Source of the DNA: Phoronis australis
Taxonomy: Eukaryota > Animalia > Phoronida
Direction: 5' to 3'
Assembly (NCBI GenBank): GCA_002633005.1
Contig: NMRA01000124.1
Location: 301,032 to 365,031, forward strand
DNA length: 64,000 bases
The notes below the pieces were generated by a model, which did no database searches, had not been told where the DNA came from, and saw only the letters and a list, made by a program, of their open reading frames with translations. The position numbers were made by a program, and so were the translations under genes. Every line of letters starts with the position of its first letter. Position 1 is the first letter of the stretch. Of the stretch, positions 14,601-26,698 are shown one piece after another.

Positions 14601-17600
14601 AGACATGTAATTGAGTTTTCTAGCAACCGAAATTGTTGTAGAATATTCGTCGATGGGAAGTGTAAACTCGAACGCAGAAAGAAAATGGCAGGACATTCTA
14701 AACCCCGTAATACGTCACATGACTAATTAATTAAATTACGGGAAGCCGTAATTAACTGAAAAATACGTCTGGGATGATAATCAAAAAACCGTATTTTTAC
14801 TAAAATGACATGAAAAATGTTGCTTTCTCCTTTAAACCTTGAGCTACAAGTAACGGCTTGTGTGATGTTATCTTTGGCAATGAACTTAAAAAAGAAAGGA
14901 AAAAACTTAAACAAGTCTGCAAGATACAGGCCTAGCAAATGGTCTTACCTTTACGCCCAAACTGTCCCTCAATTGTGAATCGTCTCTGAAGAAAGACAAA
15001 GAAAACAAAAATGTAAACAATAATTCTTCCAAAAATGATTCATTTATTGGCATTTCCCTCCAACCCTTCAGACGAAAAGCAAGAGGATTTGAGTAATATT
15101 TTTTTAATTCATCTGAAACAGCAATTTTGAATAAAATTTTAACCGGAAAAATAAAAGGTGGTGGAGTTAAGATGGAAAGATAAAAATGCTAACAAACCTT
15201 TAAAAATTATGTAGATAAAAATATAATTGTTATTATCGGATTCTAAATGGGCGAAAATGTTTGAACACACAGATGTTACATTTTAATTAATTAAGGTGAT
15301 AGCTATAAACACTTGCACGTAGATAATGCTTTTTGGAGGGACTGTTTGAAACATTGGAGTGAATTTTCTATAAAATAATATCTTTCAATTGTACTACCTC
15401 CATTAGTGTACCGTTTAACAGTGATTTACAAATTGTAAATAAATCGATGTGTTATAAAAGCTTTGAAGGAAATGGATTATTTATGTAAATGACATATTGG
15501 ATACGCATAATGTTTTCAAAATCTAAAAAAGAAATTTAATGCAAATATGAAATATTTAGTTATGTGTGCGGGCAAGAGCTTCGTAGAATCTGATCCATAA
15601 ACATTCAAAGTCTCAAACAACGAAGCGGAATGTATTCTCACTGTTGAATAAAGGCTCAGTATAAAATCATCAAAGCAAAAATGACATCACAGCAAAATTA
15701 CAGTTTGAATTATCAGCGTAGTGCGTGACCCGTGGCTAAAACAAAATCAGGAATCAATCGTTAGGTTCAACCGTGGATAGTGATACCAGGTACATTATAC
15801 AAAATTTTGTGGCGAGTAGATGAACAGTGCTCAACGTGTGTAACAGTGGTTTCTGAAGGAGATCAATTCAGCGTATTGTAGGGCATCGACACTGGCGCAA
15901 AATAAATTTCATGGGAGCGCTATGTTTGCTCATCTCGGGTCAACTGGTGCATTGAAATTGCGTCACCAATCACGTGTTATGTCGTCTTGCACAGGAACAA
16001 TTACCTAACATTTGCATGCAAAACATCCGATCAAAACAAACGACAAAACAACGAAACTCAACAAAAATGAATACTGAAGTTATGGAGACACGTCATTGTG
16101 GGTTGCGACTAGACCATTCATTAACCTCGAACAGAAACAGCCAGACATAACTAGAAAGATTATTGTCACAATGTAACAATAATGGACCCAGACCATGTTT
16201 TACTGGAATTGGTATGTGAAGTTATTGTCAGCAACCCGTTTACCAAGATTAAAAAGAATTCTTTAAAGCTGTAGAAGTAACATGTTGATAATCTGATGAC
16301 CTTTGCACTAACTGACCCTTTCCGGTGCATAATGAGCCCCGATAAAGTAATAAGTGTAAAATAGATTAGAAGTGTGATCAATGCCAAGAATCACACATGT
16401 CTTACTTTGAGCACTTTAGAATAAAAATTGAATGAAAAACTTGAAAATTCCACGCATAAGAATATGTATTGAATGAAATGGTCAAAATTTCAGACAAAAA
16501 TGCACCTAATGACCCCGTGGCTGCACCAAATGACTGAAACTTTAGAATTCGGACTCAATGACATCTACTAAACAGATACGTGAATTTAAAGTGTCTAGCT
16601 CAAAATTTTAGTTTGGATTCAATGACCTTTGATCTATTGTTTCTGATTGAATGGCGGATTGCTTAGTAAAGAAGGGAAGCGGTATGGCATGTATGCTTAC
16701 AGCTTAGGGTTGAAACTGAAGGGATTTTTTTTTGAAAAAATGTAAGAGAAATAACATTGTGAAAATTAGATGACGTTTGCACACAGATTGACGTTATCCT
16801 GTGCATTATAAAACCTTTTGGTAACATTACTGCAAAGTCCGTCAAAAGTGTGTTTAAAGCTGAAAATCACAGTTGTCTAACTCTCCAGATTACAGAATAC
16901 ATGCTGAGTGAAAAGGCAAAAATTTTAGAAGAGTAAAGCACCTAATAACCCCATGGTTAAACCAAATGTCCAGAAAGGTTGGGCTTAGAACTCAATTGCA
17001 TGTTCCTATCAGATGTGTGAATTTGAAGTGTCTAGCTCAAAGTCTTAGTTTGCACTCCATGGCCTTTGTCGTATTAAATCTGCTTGGATGGCCCGATTAC
17101 TTAGAAAATTGTTTTTTAAATTCTTACAAGTTTTTAGTTGTTACCAGCCAACCGAATTTTAGAACAAACCTTGCAGCTGCAAAGCTGTAATCAGTTCCCG
17201 AAAGTTGTGGCAGTCTTAGGGAATGGCGCGTGCGCCGTGTCACGAGCGTACTGTTTTTGAAAACAGACGACAGACATTTCATTGTTACAAAAGGCGGTAG
17301 AAAATGACTTTCCGCTGATTGTTCTCTACTTAAACGGCTGTAATAAACAAGGCAAGTATCACCTATGCGGGTAAAAAAGTGGTAAGATAAAATTTGACAC
17401 AAAATTAGCGTCATTAAAAACTACAGTCTTCCTGGAGTAATTTAAATTAGTTAACGGTGTTGGCAAAAATGGCGTTCTACCGTTATTCTGCTGCTAAAGT
17501 TGTGGAGCGATCTTTAGTGACCGCTTTCGGCGCAATGAAATTTTGCGTCACCTATTGGCCAGTTTCTTTTTTCGCCGATTCTTCAATCAACTGTTGTTCT

Positions 17601-19694
17601 TTCACGAGGTTGCGTACACGTCACAACAAATTATCAGAACTGGTTTTAAAAGTTTTTAGAATTTTGGTACCGAAAAATCGAATTTCAGAAGAAATTTTGT
17701 TGCTTCTAAGCTATCATTGTCTCCTGAGAGATGTCGCAAAAATTTAGGAAATGGCGCGTGCGCGTGACACGAGCGCACTGTTTTCAAAACGACGAAATAC
17801 TTTTCATTGTTAGAACAAACAGAGAGTTTCGCAAGAAAATGAAGTTTATTGCATTGTTTTTCACTTAAACGGCTGTAACGTGCAAGGTAAGTGTCGGTTG
17901 ACTCCCAGATTTTGCATGCACACCGTCCGGTCTTTAGCTTTACATGTTGATACAAGTTTCATGGCGCGGTGACGAGCAGAACTACCTTGGCTGTGTGCAA
18001 TTCCGCTGTCTACGGAAGAAATACACTCAGTGGGACCTAGCTGTATTTTGAGGACAATCTTCATACAGCTAGCTGGCTGGCTACGAGGTGACGCCGAGCG
18101 TAACTACCTGGGTAGTCAACTGGCTGTGTGAAGTTTTGGGGTTGGCCTATAACGTACATAGCTCAACACGCAGTCGTACGATAGTCTTCATACAGCTATA
18201 GTCGGTAACTAACCAACCCTTACAGCGTTGGGTATTGGCTGGCAGGTTGGTAGCCGGCTAGTGCGCACTGCCCAGTCACGCCAGTGTAAATTATAGATAC
18301 GGGTTGGTTGCACCGGCATATTTTCGGCTAGCGATGACGACGACTGGGTATCACTTTGTGTTGCTTCGGCTCAAACACGTATCCCTGGTGACCCGATATT
18401 TCGGACTGAAATTTCTTAATTCAACAATTTGAAGAATGCCACTTGACTGCACGCTAAAGTAGGAGTAGTAACCTGTACCCCCACCGAATACGTCACAAGA
18501 AGCAGTGCTCTAAGCGGGTGATTTTTTTAGTTTCGTTAGAAAATATAAGTTTACTTTTTGATTTTGAATTCTTAGTAAAATTAATCAACAACTCATTGAA
18601 AACTATGCAAACTGTATTCAGAATAAAATACAGTTCCCCTTTAAATTTAAAGAACCTGTACTCATTTTGGAACAGTAAAAGAACGGCAAAATGACTTACG
18701 TATAATTAAATTTAGCGTACATATAATTGCAACTAAAGGATTGCAAACGTTCATTGCACGTCGTGTTAAGTATCAAAGTATTGTTTTACGAAATGCATTA
18801 GCACTATCGACGCCAAGTCCAGCGGTGTACTGAGGAAGTGTCCAATTATTACACCACAGTTGAAATTTATGAATCATAGAGATTGTCATAAAGCGTCTCA
18901 TGGATACCAACTGCAATAAATCGCAGGATGTTACGCCATATGGGTGGGTCTCCAATTAATGAGGGAATATATACCATAAAGACCCCCTTTTTATCAAACA
19001 TTCGAGGTCATATATCAATGGTTTTGTTGCACTTATTGTTAAGCTGAAATGTCTATGTGGGTCCGTATCCCTATCTGGGGTAATGGGGAAAACCTGTCTG
19101 TTATATACATACACATTTACATGCCTACATCTATCCACCCATCCATCCACCCAATCACCAATCCATCCACCCATTCATTCTTCCATTCATCAAAGAACAT
19201 TATAAATGACGTAGTGCCATGTCATAATGACGTCATACAAGCGGACAGACACATTCAGTTATAAAATTAACCACCCAATGCCCTGAATAAATGCAAATGA
19301 TTAATACAAGTGCTATGGAACACAGCAATTGCTTCTGCGTTGTCCTCTCATAAGTTAGGAATCACACACGCCCTTCTGTTAGCACACATTCCAATGCCTG
19401 CCCAAACAGTGACGTAGTCGGTAACTTTAAGCAGACCTTAAATAGTATAATACCTGAAAATTGGCTAGTAGTGACAAACAGAGTGGCAGAGTGGCTCTAG
19501 TTGAGTTCAAAGGCCCTTTCATTTACGAAAAGTAGCTGTTAACTTTCACAATTACTTGTATAGAAACTCACAGTAACAACGGTGCTTGGGCCAGGCGCCA
19601 CCGATGAGCTTTCGTTGCAGCCACGGATACAACAACAGCAATACTTCACTAGACGCTTCCTTAACCTTTTGAAGAAGCCTCGTCTTCCAGGCAT
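8185..19694 (-). CDS. Divergent protein kinase-like protein, spliced; 3' end not resolved
   Basis: Coding exons 19572-19694 (ATG 19694, donor ACT|gtgagt), 14949-14985 (ttcttcag|...AAAG|gtaaga), 12566-12974 (caattttag|...CG|gtaagt), 8185-8676 (tcgttttcag|...AG|gtgagt). Phases 0/1/2 chain with no stop (353 codons). Kinase motifs IGSGVSSDVY, ACLK, EQEY, GYLINDIMDANIMV, LIDFE. Confidence 0.7.
9810..10500 (-). mobile_element. Decayed 3' end of RNase H-containing non-LTR retrotransposon (I/Loa/R1-like group)
   Basis: Minus-strand translation with stops and frameshifts. RIIIAWSPEQVTSIQGEETADRFSR resembles RNase H WVPGH.GI.GNE.AD; then WKTSWTNRSDCRR; VVTGHCDLQKH..G....CCPK...ETPEH resembles the C-terminal CCHC region. 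Confidence 0.75.
16503..17070. repeat. Diverged ~130-bp direct repeats (16503 and 16940), probably internal repeats of a non-autonomous element
   Basis: CACCTAAT..CCC..GG...GTGAATTT.AAGTGTCTAGCTCAAA shared. Confidence 0.6.
17217..17890. repeat. Diverged ~140-bp direct repeats (17217 and 17745)
   Basis: AATGGCGCGTGCGC..G.CACGAGCG.ACTGTTTT...ACTTAAACGGCTGTAA shared. Confidence 0.6.
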
Positions 19695-20455
19695 GATGTT
19701 GACACTGAAATTATGAAAATAAAGCATACATATTTAAGCCAAATATAAACAGCCGACACAGTAATTAAATCTCTGTCCACCACAGTACAATCTGTACTAC
19801 GTTGTAATGACGTGAACCATTCATGACGATACGATGANCCCCATCTGGGGTAATGGGGAAAACCCGTCTGTTATATACATACACATACACATTTACATGC
19901 CTACATCTATCCACCCATGCATCCACCCAATCACCAATCCATCCACCCATTCATTCTTCCATTCATACATATATTCAAGATCAAAGAACATTATAAATGA
20001 CGTAGTGCCATGTCATAATGACGTCATACAAGCGGACAGTAACTTTAAGCAGACCTTAAATAGTTTAATACCTGAAAATTGGCTAGTAGTGACAAACAGA
20101 GTGGCAGAGTGGCTCTAGTTGAGTTCAAAGGCCCTTTCATTTACGAAAAGTAGCTGTTAACTTTCACAATTACTTGTATAGAAACTCACAGTAACAACGG
20201 TGCTTGGGCCAGGCGCCACCGATGAGCTTTCGTTGCAGCCACGGATACAACAACAGCAATACTTCACTAGACGCTTCCTTAACCTTTTGAAGAAGCCTCG
20301 TCTTCCAGGCATGATGTTGACACTGAAATTATGAAAATAAAGCATACATATTTAAGCCAAATATAAACAGCCGACACAGTAATTAAATCTCTGTCCACCA
20401 CAGTACAATCTGTACTACGTTGTAATGACGTGAACCATTCATGACGATACGATGA
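19071..20455. repeat. Near-identical tandem duplication split by single N (19838), containing kinase start exon twice
   Basis: ORFs 19539-19727 and 20157-20345 are identical; copy 1 has about 170 bp extra. Confidence 0.9.
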
Positions 20456-21595
20456 GTCGCATTTCACATTCGTCAATGTTTGATGTAAATTTGACGATTT
20501 AGACCTAGACAAATAAAATTCAAATGTCAAAATATGAAAAAATACCAATAGCAATTAGGCCATTTTACATATTGTTTTAAATCATTGAAAATTATTGCTA
20601 GGTCATGAACCGCGTCAAAAATGCTAATCGTTGTGAACTCATAGGAGAGGATACAATGGGTGAAAACATTTTCATGACACACCCATTATAAATCCTGTGG
20701 CGAACACTTCTTCCCTATGTAGTTGATCCAGTTATTGTTTCGCGCCACTTTATTTGTAGACCCTACTTGTAGGAGTGTTCTATTACGGGCACGTCACTTA
20801 GGCCTACAAATATTGGCGCGCTGTCTGGGGTCTGAAATCCGCTCTAGTATCAAAATTGTCGTCTGTTTATTTTATTTATTTATTACAATATTTAAAATGA
20901 GGGTGGCCTCTTCAGGGATAGCACTGTTTTCTAAGCTAGGGCCCTCTATGACTAAGTGTAACCATCGAGTCGACACGATTGCCAACCACAGCTATAAAAA
21001 CAAGACACCAACGCTGCACTACATTATCTACTCCGCAACCATAGACATCATAGTATTTAGATGTCGATGTCCGCAACATTGTATTCCTACTTGTTGTAGA
21101 TGCCCGGATTGTTGTTATATAGATACTTTTGTCGTACGTGCACGCGCTTTGGTTCCGTCGTTATTTGTGTGTCGGAAAATTCCAGCGTAAAAATTCGAAC
21201 TGCCTTGACATAGACCTAAACCTTTCTGAGGAAAGCGAACAGGCTGTGAAATAATTTAAATTTCATAGGCTTACCTTTCGTTCTTTCAGACGTTACTGTT
21301 GTGTATTATTCTACTAAACTATCGTGTATTTTTCTCTAAGAAGATGTACTCCATTCCCATTGGTATTCAGTACCGGATCAAGCCTCAAGTTCCACTGTAG
21401 TGAATGTCCCGCTTCTGGAATTTCGCAATTTTTTACTCCACATAGGGTTGATGAATGCTGAGAATATCAAGTGTAAAAGGCCGGTGATGACACTTCTGTC
21501 CTGCCCATAAACGCAAAATGGGTACAGCTCCTAACAATGTCAACGATCCGTTCGAATAGTGAAAATAGTATGCCCGCCGGTTCTGCACGTGAGTT

Positions 21596-21666
21596 CTCGC
21601 TGGTTCCCTGCGTGCTTAGCCCAGCCAGCTACCGCCCCACCTAGCGGCACGCAGGGAACCAGCGAG
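21596..21666. repeat. Perfect 20-bp inverted repeat hairpin
   Basis: CTCGCTGGTTCCCTGCGTGC (21596-21615) / GCACGCAGGGAACCAGCGAG (21647-21666). Confidence 0.85.
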
Positions 21667-23817
21667 CACGAATTTCGTACGCCAGACGTGAGGTACTATT
21701 TGATGAAGGCCCGGTGATCACCGAACCACATACACCCCAAACAAATAATCTAGTGGTAAAAAAGAAAAGAAAAGCAGTCTTCTTCTTTGGACAGAAAAAC
21801 GTATGACTGGACAGACTTTATTCGACGGTTTGAAAAAATAAGTGGGAGGTGTCGGTGGGTGGACGGAAAACAATCATGGCTATTCAACTCTCATGCCCAG
21901 CGTTCCTACCATGCCCATGAAAATCTGCACTTTTAGAGATTTTGTACTGTGTATAATAAACATAACAAAAAATCTAACTTAACAAGCATTTATTTTGAGA
22001 AGTAATTGAGAAAGTTTGAATTTTAAAGACTTTTGGTTTCCCGCCACGTGATGTCATCAACGGAAGACGTTGATCAGTTCATTTGCAAATAGTAGTGGAT
22101 TTGTAAGTTACGAATACTAGAGCGAGCTTGACAAGTACATGTATTGTGAAGACAGATGGGGAGATGTGGGTGAAGACGACACTCAGGCCATAGGTGAAAG
22201 AAGGAATAAGTCATATCTCGCTATACTGGCAGACTGTGCGTGTTAGTTTGAGGCCGTACGAATTTGACCGATCGACCATCCCGCATCACCAGCGTCTTCG
22301 GTGAGTGAAGCCCAGTATCGTTGGAGACTAATCAGTTTGCGGAAAATCCTGATGTCGGAGTGGTAATTATTGCTTTTTACTGAATCACGATTTAATTTTC
22401 TAACCACCGCAGTGTCGGGTAATATGTGTCTCGNTTTTGTAATGCATGCTTATTACACGTTTTATATTTTGTGCAATCGGTTCTTAACAAATTTGTTGTA
22501 TTTAAAATAGTCTTCAAATGCCCAAAAGACCAAATCCGTTTTTCGTGATGACGGGATTGCTTTGGAAATCGTCTTAAGTTAAGATTTGACAAAGAGAGAA
22601 TTAATGAGTTAATGAGACGACGGAAACGGAGTCGTATTGCGCAGCGCCACTGCCGGTCGCCTGGGATATCGCGGGAGAGCCTACACTTAGCCATAGTTCC
22701 GTTACGAATGCGCCGTGTTCCGGATTTGACACTTGAAATTGGATCTGAGCCCCCCCCCCAAACACTAAAACTGCACACATTTAAACCTTTTTTCATCCGT
22801 ATAATTTTAATTACCGGGGCAAATTAATAAACTCAACATTTCCCAACGCTCTTGCTGTTTTATTTTTTTTGCGGCCCCTAAATCCGCCCATGTAATATTT
22901 TACGGTTACGATATTAAATGTGTACAAAGTTCTAATCAACGGTTCCTCTCTCTACCAAGATCTCAATAGTTCAATTCAATATAACCGATATTTATCCATC
23001 GAATCTACACACGCTCAATTCCAGTCACCAGTTGGCGAGAAGAGGAGATTTTATATAAATCTCTACTCTGCGACGAGCATCCATCATTTTCTGTCCACCG
23101 TAAAATGAACGTCTTGGCCTTCTGCGAAAAATTGCATTACTTTTGCTTCTCGGCTGAAATTGTATCAGTGGTGCATGAATTACTACCTTATGTAAATGTT
23201 ATTGTTCAAGACATGTGTACGTGTATGAAAAAACAATAGCTGGAAAATGCTCCAATGTGCTTTTTAAACAATCTGACTTTCCTAACTTTGTCATATGCAT
23301 TACCTTAACAGGAAAACGAGAAATTTTAATTTCAATTGTAAAATGTACCACATATTGAAAAAAATATGTCAGAAAGCCTTTTCAGAGGCCCAATACTTGC
23401 CCTGTGGCTAGTTCGGCACTAGAGCCTTTTGGGCATCTGTATTGGGTATTTGATGGTACTCCCCATCAAACATGTTGTTGTACCTTGATACGTTTTGCAC
23501 ATACAATACTGCTGCAACTCTTGGAATGAACAGTTATCGGCAGGACAACAAAGTACGGGTATTTGTTATCATAGATTTATAGTCATATTGCATAAGAATG
23601 AAAACAGTGCAGTTGTAGGCGGTAACAGTAATTTTTAGAAAATAGTGAAGTGGAGGTGAGTAGCGAAAATTTTTCCGGAAAAACATGCAACTGGCCTTTT
23701 TGGAAACATACCAATCATTTCCATCGTCGCTTTATTCGGTTTCGCTTGTTTGTCACTGGAGGTTTGTTTGAGCACGACACAGCCATCACCTAGTTATCAT
23801 TTCATTACGTTAATAAC

Positions 23818-23930
23818 CATGGGCGGCGTAGCACTGAAAAAGGTGGGGTGGGGGCGCCGCCTTTAGACCAGGGGTGGTGCAGCACTGAAAAAAGTGAGGA
23901 TTTATAGCCCCCTACGGTGCGCCGCCCATG
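23818..23930. mobile_element. Short TIR MITE-like element (CATGGGCGGCG family)
   Basis: CATGGGCGGCG...CGCCGCCCATG ends; core matches 5141-5218 reversed. Confidence 0.6.
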
Positions 23931-26698
23931 TAATTAAACTTCGCCCAGGTTAAGTCACGCAAAGTACACAATTGATGTCTACCGAGTCCAGATTGAGTGC
24001 CGGCCGGAAGGCCGAGGGTCTTGTTAAAAATTTCGAGGCGCACATACAATTTGCTATAACTTTATGTAATCTATCGCCGAGATTAGTGTGCATACATTAC
24101 CACACACATTTCTTCCTGCCCACTTAGATACGTAACCCGTCTGTGAATATTAGCATTTACGTCCCCACCTAAAGCCCAAATTACATTGTACCAGCCCGGC
24201 TTGCCATAACAGCTAGTAAACGAGTTCCATCTACCCCAAAAGGAGCATCCACGACATTGGCAAACCAGGCAATTGGATTTTCAAGTGAAAAGGACAGCCG
24301 CGCCAAATGTGGGACTACTTCAAAGCAATCGATCGCAGATAGTATTAGTGTCCTCAACAAGTCTTATCACTCCAGGTCAATGAAGATTCGATACCACGCT
24401 GTGATCAAACTAGCTTTTCTTGCGAGTGTCTTTACAGATCGCTGCACATGACTCGCGGGTAGTGCATCTTGCTTAAAACAGAGACATGTCTCTAAACAAC
24501 AATTACCGCATGTCTGGTGTTATTATTCAACTGCTAGTGTAAACCGCGCTTTTTGCCCTCAAGAGTGCGTGTACATATTAAAAACCTGTAAAATTTCTTA
24601 GCGTCCATTTTATGGTATTGTTTTACTAAGTACTGTATAGTAAAGATTTATTCAAACATCAATGAACTAGATTTAAAGCAATATATGTAAACATTAACGA
24701 CAGCATTTTCTAACAGTAACGGTATCCATACAAATAGCAACATCAACAACGCAGACAATGCTGGTTCACTGATACCTCCAGTCAGTGAAATCAGCCCTTG
24801 ATAGTAATTAAGATAACGTTTGGAACTTTGTAATTTGGGAACAAACATTTTTAAATCATAGCATTATGCCAGTTCCTATGCCACTTATAACAAATGTTGT
24901 TTACATAAAGTTTGTCAGCAAAAGTTTTTGCCATAAAAACTGAATCCACAAAGACAATGAAACACATCAAAGAACAACATTCCTAACACTTTAAAAGTTG
25001 CACTCATGTGAGTGCGTGTCCTTAAGTAAACATCAACTGACCAAAACACCTGTAGATATTTTAAAAATACATGGTAAGATCTAAGAGCAGTAGAGCCCGG
25101 TGGTAGAATCTCTAACTGAGAAACAAGTTAAGACCAACTGGCTCAAACGTATTTAGGGAGACAAAGGGATTGTGAAGGAGCGCAGACAAATGTCAGATTT
25201 ATCTGTTTACAACCAACATGCTGCGCTAGAGCGGAATGAATTTTCAAGAACCCTAGCATGCCCCCCTTAGAGCGACCCACGTTGCCAAGGTGACAAACTG
25301 CGAAGTCAAGCTCGGAGAAAGATAGAGAGCAACTTTGCAATAGATGTGAACAGGTCGTACTTGTATGATCAAACAGAGCAATGCTTTAGAAATAACACAA
25401 TTATTATTATTAGATTTTTGAACTGGAAATGGGCCCATTTCTTTTTTTCCATGGAGATGATAATAGATCATATTAGACAGAACAGATGCAAGGTGTTTCC
25501 AGGAGTCAAATATTTAATGACTAGCCATGCGCTGCATTGCTGTCTAAGGGAGATGAGAAACACTGCAATTCTGTGGCTGGTCTCAAAAATACTGCCAGAC
25601 TACAAACATTAGGGCCTGGAATTATAATTCTTAAATTTGCTGCAAACTGAATGTTATAACTTGCCATTGTTGAGCTTTTAAGATTTTAATGTTAAATCCT
25701 CAGCAGTTTTTCCAAAATTGTCTGGTTTCACATATACAATATCTTGCTAACATGCTACTGGAATGTTTAGTTAAAAAATTTGATTTGACATAACATAGAA
25801 ACTTTTGCTCTCTTAAAAAGAAGAATTCACTGGAGACACAGAGCAAGAGCACTTAACAACAGACAGGACCAAATTTGAGTCCAATTACTTGACTGTTTGC
25901 CCGCTCTGAAATATTTCCATTTGGCTGCAGCCAACTCCTCAACAGGAAACATAAAACTATGCTCCCTATTACACTAAAACACTGTAGTATTTGAACAAAA
26001 CAGCCTGCAATATCCATCACGACAGCAGGGTCGAAGTACAATTCATGGTCACAGTAGTTTTCCCTTGCAACTGAGAATGAAGGGGAATTATCAGGGAAAG
26101 TTAGTAAGGTAGCTAAGCCATTTTGTAAATAGAATTTTATTGCCCTATTAGTTATTACCAGTAATTTTTGTTGTTAAGAGAATTAGTGGTGATGACAGGA
26201 AAACGGTATTACCTCTAATTATTTTTTTTCTAATACTGTATAGACCTTACCCTTTTATGTAAAACCTCACCAAAGATAGGTGTCAGCTAGAAAGGTCACA
26301 AGAGACTACAAGTTCAACAACTATGCCTAAAACTGTAATACGTCACTTGCCATTTACAGCTGCAAATGCCAGATGAACAGATTAGATTTCCAGCCCTGTA
26401 ATAACCTGCAATGATAGGGAATGAAGACAAGACACACGATTCATTTCATAGGCTAAGATTTCACGTTAGTTACCCGGTTTTCATGTTAATTTGCCTGGAG
26501 TGGATGGGGATATAGGGATCAGGCTTGTGAGTCCCGTTTGATGGTCTGGTCTTTGTACCACGAGTTAGCCCTGGTGGCAGTAGGGAAGCTTGTGATGTTG
26601 ACAGAAAAGCTCCAATAAAACCAGTGAATAATGAACACAGTCAAGATTTAAGAAAATCAATAAAAGCTCAAAACTCCGAAGTCAGGTTTTGCGCTTCG

